38,804 bases of DNA from contig JBNKOQ010000001.1 in NCBI GenBank assembly GCA_050294735.1, positions 1 through 38,804 on the forward strand, given 5' to 3'. How positions within the stretch are numbered: position 1 is the stretch's first letter; the number at the start of each line of letters is the position of its first letter. The notes beneath the pieces are model-generated. The model worked only from the letters and a program-made list of their open reading frames with translations. It had not been told where the DNA came from and did not search any database. The position numbers and the translations under genes are program-made. Shown in pieces: positions 30,939 to 38,804 of this stretch. This DNA is from Roseibium sp. (GTDB taxonomy: Bacteria; Pseudomonadota; Alphaproteobacteria; Rhizobiales; Stappiaceae).

Positions 30939-31547
30939 GACTTGTGCTCCTAAATTGGCCCGAAGGCTGATTAGTCACGTCTCCCCTTGTATTTATTAAA
31001 GGACGAAATTCTTATCGCTTCGTTCCTCGTGAAAACAACGGATGATTTATTCCTTTCCTTAGGTGTCTAACTTGAAATACTTGACCATAGTGCAATTAAT
31101 ACTGAGCGATTCTCTTTAAATGGCAAAGCGAAAGGTGCACATAGTGCGCGTCATTCCACAGGAATGTTGCGCAGCGGAAACCGTGGGCCGGTGGATTGTT
31201 CATGGGGGTTACGGAATGAGCAAAAGCTTCCTGCTGATTGCCTGTTGCGTGATCTTTCCGCCTTTTGAGTGAGCAGCAACTGGCCGGAAGAGGAAAAGAA
31301 GACCGCTTTGTTGACTTTTTGAGGTCTTGAAGCTTGACGGGCGGGGGCGTCACGGGCAAACATCCGAAGAAATTCTCAGCTGATGAAGAATTTTTCGATC
31401 TATATTAGAGGTGCGAAGCCGCAATGTGATCGGTTTGGACCATCTGGAAGTCTTCATCAGTATACTTGGCGTTCTCTGAGCCTGCTTGTGCGGGCCTCAC
31501 GGGGGCGCTTGGCTGATAGAGCGTTTGGGGAAGGCGGCGGTTTACCG

Positions 31548-32531
31548 ATGCAGGCACGAGACGACGACTGGACAACCTATCTGGCAATTCGGGCTGCTTG
31601 GCTTTCCTTCGTTGGTGGGCGAACTCAAGGAGAGATTGCTTCGCAGCTGGGTGTATCCCCTGCCAAGGTACATCGTCTGATCGCGCATGCGCAGAAGGCG
31701 GGCTACGTCAAGTTCCACATTGAAGGCCGGCCGCTTGAATGCCTTGAACTGGAAGAATTGCTGATCGCGGAATTCAACCTGAAAAGCTGTGTGATCGCAC
31801 CTGACCTCGCCGGGGGTGATCAGGACAGCGCAATACGTGCTGTGTCTTCTGCTGGAGCGCACGTGCTTGCGGGGATCTTGGGGTCCTCGGATGTCAAGCG
31901 GGTCGGTGTTGGTATGGGCCGGACCCTGAAGGCTGCCGTTGAGGAAATGCCCCGGTTGGCGCGCCCGGACCTGGCGGTCATGTCCATATGTGGATCGCTC
32001 ACGCGGACCCTGTCGGCAAACCCTTACGATGTGGTGCAATTGCTGCAGGAGCGAACCTCCGCGGAGGGGTATTATCTGCCAGTTCCCTATTTCGCTGAAA
32101 GCCTCGAAGAGAAAAACATGTTCCTCGGCCAGCGAAGTGTGCAGGATCTGTTGGGTCGCGCCCGCAAGGCGGATGTCTTCGTTGTTGGCATTGGGTCTGT
32201 TGAAGAAGAAGGGCATCTTATTCAGCGCGGCATGATTACCACGGAAGAGCAGGAAGAGTTGAACCGCAGCGGCGCCGTGAGCGACCTGATGGGCCGCTTT
32301 TTAACACTCGATGGAAATATCGCACCTGTGCACCTCGGGGACTGTGCTGTTGGTCTCCATTTCAACGAGGTCCGGGGAAGCCGACTAATTGCGCTGGTAG
32401 GCGGTGAAAGTAAGGTCGATGCGACACTTGCTGCATTGCGTGCTGGTGTCATTACCGATCTGATTGCGGATGAAACCCTTGCAAGGGCATTGCGTGAGAG
32501 GATCGGGTTAAAGCTGGCGTATTCTGCCTGA
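31548..32531 (+). CDS. SorC/DeoR-family sugar-binding transcriptional regulator
   Basis: HTH TQGEIASQLGVSPAKVHRL, GVGMGRT, VVGIG and GG..K...ALRAG...LIADE; start ATG 31548. Confidence 0.9.
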   Translation: MQARDDDWTTYLAIRAAWLSFVGGRTQGEIASQLGVSPAKVHRLIAHAQKAGYVKFHIEGRPLECLELEELLIAEFNLKSCVIAPDLAGGDQDSAIRAVSSAGAHVLAGILGSSDVKRVGVGMGRTLKAAVEEMPRLARPDLAVMSICGSLTRTLSANPYDVVQLLQERTSAEGYYLPVPYFAESLEEKNMFLGQRSVQDLLGRARKADVFVVGIGSVEEEGHLIQRGMITTEEQEELNRSGAVSDLMGRFLTLDGNIAPVHLGDCAVGLHFNEVRGSRLIALVGGESKVDATLAALRAGVITDLIADETLARALRERIGLKLAYSA

Positions 32532-32603
32532 AGCAGAGCGCTATGAGGGGAAGTAATGAGAGGCCGCCCTGTCGGGTGGTTCGAAGTGTCGGAGGACATA
32601 TAA

Positions 32604-33602
32604 GTGAAGAAGCTCCTGACGATTAGCGCCGCCCTCGCGGGCATGGCGTTTTCCGCGACTGCTATGGCAGCAGATATCAAGCCGGCAGTTCTTTATGATC
32701 TGGGCGGAAAATTCGACAAGTCGTTCAACGAAGGCGCCTACACTGGCGCGCAAAAGTTCACGGCTGACACAGGTATCGAGTTCCGCGATTTTGAGATCCA
32801 GAACGACAGTCAGCGCGAGCAGGCACTGCGCAACTTCGCAAAGCGCGGTCAGAGCCCGATTATCGCGATTGGCTTTTCGCAGGCCAATGCAGTCGAAAAG
32901 GTAGCCAAGGAATACCCGGACATTCAGTTCGGTATCGTCGACATGGTGGTTGATCTGCCGAATGTACGGTCCATCGTGTTCAAGGAACAGGAAGGGTCCT
33001 ACATCGTTGGCATGCTGGCTGCGATGGCCTCGGAAACCGGGAAAGTCGGTTTTGTTGGCGGTATGGACATTCCGCTCATCCGCAAGTTTTCCTGCGGCTA
33101 TAAGCAGGGTGTTCTAGCCGTTAAGTCCGATGCGGAAGTCTTCGAAAACATGACCGGCACGACCGGCGCGGCCTGGAATGACCCGGTCAAGGGCGGTGAG
33201 CTTGCCAAGTCCCAGTTCGATCGTGGCGCGGATGTTATTTATCATGCTGCTGGTGGTACAGGGCTCGGTGTGCTGCAGGCTGCTGCTGACGCTGGCAAGC
33301 TGGGTATCGGTGTCGATAGCAACCAGAATGGCTTGCACCCGGGGTCGGTTTTGACCTCCATGCTGAAGCGTGTTGATGTTGCTGTCTACAAGGCATTCGA
33401 AGACGCGAAGAACGATGCCTGGACGTCCGGCTTTGAAGTTCTCGGTCTTGCGGAAGGTGGTGTCGATTGGGCTCTCGATGAAAACAACGAGAAGCTGATC
33501 ACCCCTGAAATGAAGGCGGCGGTTGATACGGCTAAAGCCGATATCATCTCCGGCAAAGTCACCGTTCATGATTACATGGCGGATAAGAACTGCCCGTTCT
33601 AA
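32604..33602 (+). CDS. BMP-family nucleoside ABC substrate-binding protein 1
   Basis: GGKFDKSFNE, FKEQEGSY, GFVGGMDIP, AAGGTGLG and GVDSNQ; RBS GGAGG before GTG. Confidence 0.92.
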   Translation: MKKLLTISAALAGMAFSATAMAADIKPAVLYDLGGKFDKSFNEGAYTGAQKFTADTGIEFRDFEIQNDSQREQALRNFAKRGQSPIIAIGFSQANAVEKVAKEYPDIQFGIVDMVVDLPNVRSIVFKEQEGSYIVGMLAAMASETGKVGFVGGMDIPLIRKFSCGYKQGVLAVKSDAEVFENMTGTTGAAWNDPVKGGELAKSQFDRGADVIYHAAGGTGLGVLQAAADAGKLGIGVDSNQNGLHPGSVLTSMLKRVDVAVYKAFEDAKNDAWTSGFEVLGLAEGGVDWALDENNEKLITPEMKAAVDTAKADIISGKVTVHDYMADKNCPF

Positions 33603-33613
33603 TCCCATGAATC

Positions 33614-33646
33614 TGTTCCGCGCGCCGATTAAGAGCGCGCGGAACA
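33614..33646 (+). other. Intercistronic stem-loop after the first binding-protein gene
   Basis: 12-bp perfect stem TGTTCCGCGCGC / GCGCGCGGAACA with 9-nt loop and no U-tract; likely an mRNA-stabilising hairpin. Confidence 0.6.
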
Positions 33647-33701
33647 TGGTTGCCGGTCGCCGCGATGCGCTGGCTGCTGGAGGTAGACTGGAGGTCTGGT
33701 T

Positions 33702-34700
33702 ATGCGAAGGATATTGGCGGGACTGGTCGCGTGTGCAGCAGTCCTGGGTGCAGAAATTCAGCCTGCCAGCGCCGATCCGGCCATTGTCTATTCCGTTGGC
33801 GGGAAGTTTGACGGCTCCTTTAACGAAAGTGCCTACAAAGGTGTTGAGCGCTATCGCAAGGAAACCGGCGCGAATGTCCGGGAGTTCGAACTTGTGCGTG
33901 ATGCGCAAAGTCTGCAGGCGCTTCGCAACTTTGCCAGCCGGGGTGACGAGCCAGTTGTTGCGATCGGGTTCAATCAGGCTTCGGCTGTGACCGCCGCCGC
34001 TAAGGCTTTTCCTGAAACATCTTTCGCCATTATCGACATTGTGGTCGATGAGCCGAATGTTGCTTCCTACGTTTTCAAGGAACACGAGGGAGCCTATTTG
34101 GCGGGCATCTTGGCCGCGAAGGCGACGAAGACCGGAACAATTGGCTTCGTTGGCGGCATGGATATTCCAATCATCCGGCGCTTTTTATGTGGCTACCGCC
34201 TGGGGGCCAACTCGGTAAATCCGGATGTCCGTGTCTTATTCAACATGGCAGGAAGTACACCCGCGGCTTTTGCCGATCCGGTTCGCGGGGCGGAACTTGC
34301 GCGAATCCAGATCAGACAAGGCGCCGATGTCATCATCCAGGCAGCCGGTGGCACGGGCCTCGGCGTCTTGCAAGCCGCAGCGGATGCCAATGTTCTTGGC
34401 ATTGGAACGGATTCAAATCAAAACGGGCTGCATCCGGGCAACGTCCTGACCTCCATTCGCAAGCGGGTCGACAATGCGGTCTATGTCAGCTTTGACGCTG
34501 CCGCCAAGGGGACATTCAAACCTGGTATCCGGGTTCTGGGCGTCGCGGAAGGTGGAATGGATTGGGTTATCGATGACAACAACTGGGCCCTCATTACACC
34601 GGATATGAAAGCTGCGGCGGAGGCCGCCGTGACCGCAATTTCCACTGGTGCCATCAAGGTGCATGACGTCGTTTCAGATGGGGCGTGCCCGTTATCCTGA
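33702..34700 (+). CDS. BMP-family nucleoside ABC substrate-binding protein 2
   Basis: Paralogue of the preceding gene (GGKFDGSFNE, FKEHEGAY, GFVGGMDIP); also 332 aa. Confidence 0.92.
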   Translation: MRRILAGLVACAAVLGAEIQPASADPAIVYSVGGKFDGSFNESAYKGVERYRKETGANVREFELVRDAQSLQALRNFASRGDEPVVAIGFNQASAVTAAAKAFPETSFAIIDIVVDEPNVASYVFKEHEGAYLAGILAAKATKTGTIGFVGGMDIPIIRRFLCGYRLGANSVNPDVRVLFNMAGSTPAAFADPVRGAELARIQIRQGADVIIQAAGGTGLGVLQAAADANVLGIGTDSNQNGLHPGNVLTSIRKRVDNAVYVSFDAAAKGTFKPGIRVLGVAEGGMDWVIDDNNWALITPDMKAAAEAAVTAISTGAIKVHDVVSDGACPLS

Positions 34701-34764
34701 GGTTGGAAGCTGGAAGAGCGGACATCGAGAATGAGTGGAGAGTCCCAGTAATGTCGAGGCTTGC

Positions 34765-36297
34765 ATGAATGATATCCCGGCGATTGAGCTGCGAAAGATC
34801 AACAAGAGTTTCGGTCCGGTTCATGCGAACAAGGACATTGACCTTGTTGTGAAGAAGGGCTCGATCCACGGCATCGTTGGTGAAAACGGGGCCGGTAAGT
34901 CGACGCTCATGTCCATCCTGTATGGCTTCTACCAAGCCGATAAGGGGGACATCCTCGTAGATGGCAAAAAGGCCTCTATCAGCGATTCCAAGACTGCGAT
35001 TTCTATGGGCATCGGAATGGTTCACCAGCATTTCATGCTGGTCGATAATTTCTCGGTTCTCGAGAATGTCATCCTGGGGGCAGAACGCGGTGCCAGGCTT
35101 GCCAAGGGCATTGGGGCTGCTCGCAAGGAACTCAAGCGCCTGGAGGAGGACTACGAGCTGCGGGTCGATCCTGACACGTTGATTCAGGATCTGCCGGTTG
35201 GCTTGCAGCAGCGCGTGGAAATTCTGAAGGCACTCTACCGGGGTGCAGAAATTCTCATTCTGGACGAGCCCACGGGAGTTTTGACCCCGGCGGAGGCCGA
35301 TCATCTCTTCAAAATTCTTGAAGTGCTGAAGAATGAGGGAAAGACAGTTCTGCTGATCACGCACAAGCTGCGCGAAATCATGGCGGTTACAGATACAGTG
35401 TCCGTCATGCGCCGCGGTGAAATGGTGGCGACACGGAAAACCACGGAAACCTCCATGGAGGACCTGGCCGAGCTGATGGTCGGGCGCAGTGTTCTGCTTA
35501 GCGTCGACAAGAAGCCGGCACAGCCCAAGGAAAAGGTGCTTGCGGTTGATGGTTTGAACGTGACGGACAATCGGGGGGTCCAGGTTGTCAAAGATGTCTC
35601 CTTCGACGTCCACGCTGGTGAAATTGTCGGCATTGCGGGAGTGTCAGGCAATGGCCAGTCGGAGTTGCTTGAAACGATTGCCGGCATTCGCAGGGCGAGC
35701 GGGGGAACAGTCTGGATAGATGGGGAGACGACGGACCTTGCAGTTCGCAATGTCGATCCCGCGGAAATGCGTAACCGGAGCTTGGGGCATGTGCCCGAGG
35801 ACCGGCACAGGATGGGGCTTGTGACGAGCTTTGCCGAGTATGAAAATGCCATTCTTGGGTATCATACGGATCCGAAATACTCCAAGGGCATGTTCCTGGA
35901 CGTTGCCGGGATCAAGGAACTGGCAAAGACTGAAATCGAGAAATACGACATCCGGCCACCCAATCCCCTTTTGAAGACCGCGAATTTTTCTGGCGGCAAC
36001 CAGCAGAAGATTGTCCTCGCACGTGAAATCGAGCGGGATCCGACGGTGCTTCTGGTCGGTCAGCCCACCCGCGGAGTTGATATAGGCGCCATCGAGTTCA
36101 TTCATAAACGGCTCATCGAATTGCGCGACGCGGGCAAAGGCATCCTGCTTGTGTCGGTGGAACTCGATGAAATCCGTGCGCTAGCGGATCGGGTGCTTGT
36201 TATGTTCGATGGAGCGATTGTTGGGGAACGGGCTCCCGACGCAGGCGAAAGCGAACTTGGCCTTCTCATGGCCGGTGTACACGGAGAGACTGTATGA
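34765..36297 (+). CDS. Nucleoside ABC transporter ATP-binding protein (two ABC domains)
   Basis: GENGAGKST, LDEPT, SGGNQQK and QPTRGVD; start ATG 34765. Confidence 0.93.
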   Translation: MNDIPAIELRKINKSFGPVHANKDIDLVVKKGSIHGIVGENGAGKSTLMSILYGFYQADKGDILVDGKKASISDSKTAISMGIGMVHQHFMLVDNFSVLENVILGAERGARLAKGIGAARKELKRLEEDYELRVDPDTLIQDLPVGLQQRVEILKALYRGAEILILDEPTGVLTPAEADHLFKILEVLKNEGKTVLLITHKLREIMAVTDTVSVMRRGEMVATRKTTETSMEDLAELMVGRSVLLSVDKKPAQPKEKVLAVDGLNVTDNRGVQVVKDVSFDVHAGEIVGIAGVSGNGQSELLETIAGIRRASGGTVWIDGETTDLAVRNVDPAEMRNRSLGHVPEDRHRMGLVTSFAEYENAILGYHTDPKYSKGMFLDVAGIKELAKTEIEKYDIRPPNPLLKTANFSGGNQQKIVLAREIERDPTVLLVGQPTRGVDIGAIEFIHKRLIELRDAGKGILLVSVELDEIRALADRVLVMFDGAIVGERAPDAGESELGLLMAGVHGETV

Positions 36298-37400
36298 GTT
36301 CGGGGCAATTGCCGCGCTGGGTGGATTTTGGCCTGATCCCGGCCTTGAACCTGATCGCCGCCTTCCTGGTGTCGGGGCTTGTGGTGCTATTGATTGGCGA
36401 GAATCCTCTCGAAGCTGTCCGGATTCTCATATGGGGATCGCTGGGTTTTGGTGAAGGCATCGGTTTTACTCTGTTCAATGCCACCAACTTCATCTTCACT
36501 GGTTTGGCGGTGGCAGTGGCATTTCATGCAGGGCTTTTCAATATCGGCGGTGAGGGGCAGGCTTATGTCGGGGGACTCGGTGTCGCCTTTGCTTGCCTGA
36601 TGCTGGATCAATACGTGCCTTGGTGGGTGACAATGCCCTTTGCCGTTGCTGGTGGTGCCCTCTTCGGTGCTGCATGGGCCTTTATTCCGGCCTGGCTTCA
36701 GGCGACGCGCGGCAGCCATATCGTGATTACCACGATCATGTTCAATTTCATCGGCGCTGCTCTGATGGGATATCTGCTGGTGGATGTGATCACCAAGCCA
36801 GGCTCGATGCAGCCCGAAACAAGAACCTTTGAAGCTGGTGGCCAGCTGCCATTGCTCGACAATCTTCTTCCTGGAAATTTCTTCGGAACATCACAGGTCA
36901 ATCTGTCTCTGGTGATCGCGTTGCTTTGCTGCGTGGCTGTCTGGGGCCTTATCTGGCGCACGAAGCTCGGCTACGAAATCCGCACCTTCGGAGCCAACCC
37001 GACAGCCGCTGTCTACGCGGGTATTTCACCAATCCGGATCATAATTGTCACGATGCTGATTTCAGGTGGATTGGCCGGACTTATGGCGATCAATGAAATC
37101 ATGGGCGCCCAGCACCGGCTGTTGATTGAGTTCGTCGCGGGCTACGGCTTTGTCGGTATCGCGGTTGCCCTGATGGGCCGCGCCCACCCGGTGGGGATTG
37201 TGCTCGCAGCGATCCTGTTCGGCATGCTCTATCAGGGGGGCGCAGAGCTCTCTTTCGAGAAGCCCGCAATTACCCGTGACATGATTGTCGTCATTCAGGG
37301 CCTTGTGATCCTCTTCGCCGGCGCACTCGAATACATGTTCCGGCCCGCATTGGTGCAGCTGTTCAGCTTCAGCAACACGCCATCCGGCAAGGAGGGGTAG
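36294..37400 (+). CDS. Nucleoside ABC transporter permease 1
   Basis: GLFNIGGEGQ, VITTIMFN and GFVGIAVALMGR. Confidence 0.92.
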   Translation: MSSGQLPRWVDFGLIPALNLIAAFLVSGLVVLLIGENPLEAVRILIWGSLGFGEGIGFTLFNATNFIFTGLAVAVAFHAGLFNIGGEGQAYVGGLGVAFACLMLDQYVPWWVTMPFAVAGGALFGAAWAFIPAWLQATRGSHIVITTIMFNFIGAALMGYLLVDVITKPGSMQPETRTFEAGGQLPLLDNLLPGNFFGTSQVNLSLVIALLCCVAVWGLIWRTKLGYEIRTFGANPTAAVYAGISPIRIIIVTMLISGGLAGLMAINEIMGAQHRLLIEFVAGYGFVGIAVALMGRAHPVGIVLAAILFGMLYQGGAELSFEKPAITRDMIVVIQGLVILFAGALEYMFRPALVQLFSFSNTPSGKEG

Positions 37401-37403
37401 GAG

Positions 37404-38378
37404 ATGGATATGTTCGACACCCTTATTCTGATCCTCGATTCGACGGTTCGCCTTGCGACACCTCTTCTGTTTGCATGCCTGGCAGGGCTCTACTCAGAGC
37501 GTTCCGGCGTTGTTGATATCGGGCTGGAAGGAAAGATGCTGGGAGCCGCCTTCGGCGCGGGAGCCGTCGCCTATCTGACTGGCAATGCCTGGTTAGGCCT
37601 TCTCGCGGGGATAGGTGTCGCAATTGCTCTGGCTCTGTTGCACGGGTTTGCCTCGATCACCAACCGCGGCAATCAGATCGTCTCCGGGGTTGCCATCAAC
37701 TTTCTTGCCGCCGGTCTCACCGCCCTTCTCGGGCAGTCCTGGTTCAGGCAGGGAGGCCGCACACCGCCCTTGTCCAAGGACGGGCGGTTTCAGAACATCG
37801 AGTTGCCGTTCTCTGCAGAGCTTCAGGACGTGCCTGTCATCGGCCCCATCTATTCAGAGCTCCTGTCGGGGCATAATATTCTCGTTTACATTGCATTCCT
37901 TGCGGTGCCGGTAACCTGGTGGGTTCTGTTTCGCACGCGTTTCGGATTGCGTTTGCGGGCCGTTGGAGAAAATCCGGCAGCGGTCGATACAGCGGGTATT
38001 TCAGTGACATGGTTGCGTTACCGCGCGGTCATTGCCTGCGGCATTCTCTGTGGTCTGGCTGGGAGCTATCTGTCGATTGCCCAGTCCTCCGGCTTTATCA
38101 AGGATATGACGGCGGGGCGTGGTTTTATCGCATTGGCGGCACTTATCTTCGCGAAGTGGAAACCCGGCAACGCCATGATGGCGTGTCTTCTGTTCGGGTT
38201 CCTCGATGCGGTTGCGATCCGGCTGCAGGGCCAGGAAGTGCCAGGTGTCGGCGAGGTGCCGGTGCAGTTCTTCCAGGCGCTTCCTTACATTCTAACCGTT
38301 GTTTTGCTCGCTGGTTTCATTGGCAAAGCAATACCGCCAAAGGCGTCTGGTGTTCCCTATTTGAAAGAGCGTACATGA
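37404..38378 (+). CDS. Nucleoside ABC transporter permease 2
   Basis: SERSGVVDIGLEG, GLRLRAVGENP and GRGFIALAALIF. Confidence 0.92.
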   Translation: MDMFDTLILILDSTVRLATPLLFACLAGLYSERSGVVDIGLEGKMLGAAFGAGAVAYLTGNAWLGLLAGIGVAIALALLHGFASITNRGNQIVSGVAINFLAAGLTALLGQSWFRQGGRTPPLSKDGRFQNIELPFSAELQDVPVIGPIYSELLSGHNILVYIAFLAVPVTWWVLFRTRFGLRLRAVGENPAAVDTAGISVTWLRYRAVIACGILCGLAGSYLSIAQSSGFIKDMTAGRGFIALAALIFAKWKPGNAMMACLLFGFLDAVAIRLQGQEVPGVGEVPVQFFQALPYILTVVLLAGFIGKAIPPKASGVPYLKERT

Positions 38379-38770
38379 GTGGTTTGAAGACCCTGTTCGA
38401 GACGGCGAAAGCTGCGCGGGAGGCCGCTTATGCGCCTTACTCGAACTTTAAGGTAGGCGCTGCTATTCGAGCAGAAGACGGCACAGTCTTCGCCGGATGC
38501 AATGTCGAGAATGCGGCTTTTCCGGAAGGTGTTTGCGCTGAGGCTGGAGCGATCAGCGCCATGGTGCTCGCAGGCGGTGCGAGGATCGCGGAGGTGATGG
38601 TGATTGCCGATGCGGCGCTTTGCACCCCGTGCGGCGGCTGCCGGCAGAAGCTGAAGGAATTTGCAGGCAACGGCATGAGAATTCATGTCGCCAACCTGGA
38701 AGAAGTGAAGCAGAGCTTCTCTATGGAAGAGCTCTTGCCCGCAGGATTTGAACTTGAGGAAAAGGACTGA
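38375..38770 (+). CDS. cdd: Cytidine deaminase (homotetrameric type)
   Basis: AYAPYSNFKVGAA, GCNVENA, CAE and PCGGCRQ zinc motifs; ATG 38375 overlaps the permease stop. Confidence 0.94.
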   Translation: MSGLKTLFETAKAAREAAYAPYSNFKVGAAIRAEDGTVFAGCNVENAAFPEGVCAEAGAISAMVLAGGARIAEVMVIADAALCTPCGGCRQKLKEFAGNGMRIHVANLEEVKQSFSMEELLPAGFELEEKD

Positions 38771-38776
38771 CCACCC

Positions 38777-38804
38777 ATGAGCGGTTTTGGTCGTGAATGC
38801 GCGG
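38777..38804 (+). CDS. 5' fragment of the next operon gene (possibly a nucleoside phosphorylase, by context only)
   Basis: ATG 6 bp after the cdd stop, open to the window end (MSGFGRECA). Confidence 0.35.

Noticed and set aside
33114-35613. Long antisense ORFs (33114-34085 and 34654-35613; likewise 5621-6661, 16792-17775, 23123-23956 and 2008-2847)
   Set aside because: Shadow frames opposite well-supported genes, expected in GC-rich coding DNA.
37919-38374. 283-aa ORF suggesting an N-terminally extended cytidine deaminase
   Set aside because: The extension overlaps the permease in another frame; the likely start is ATG 38375 with an ATGA overlap.

Overview
This looks like an alphaproteobacterial chromosomal segment; gene content and synteny suggest Stappiaceae (Roseibium/Labrenzia-like), which is inference. 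The host-type genes are an NAD(P)-dependent epimerase, two RNA methyltransferases, an AcoR-like GAF-Fis regulator, a form II coxGSLM molybdo-flavoenzyme cluster, an MCP, a FixR-like SDR, bfd-bfr, putR-putA, a DUF1186-like gene, hrpB, mgsA-glk, a DUF1194-like gene and a SorC/DeoR-regulated nucleoside ABC operon with cdd. Between the convergent coxM and mcp genes lies a ~7.6 kb accessory block. It carries a complete, apparently intact N-type ATPase operon (atpD-C-Q-R-B-E-F-A-G). The block is bracketed by a pair of ~110-130 bp imperfect inverted repeats (about 8979-9109 and 16421-16543) whose internal hairpin shows compensatory base changes. It also contains an IS6-family remnant, a universal-stress-protein gene remnant and an FNR/FixK-type box placed like a class II promoter. 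No recombinase is encoded inside it. The bacterioferritin keeps its ferroxidase ligands but has Arg instead of the heme-ligating Met52. All alignments were done by eye, and family assignments come from recognised motifs, not database searches.
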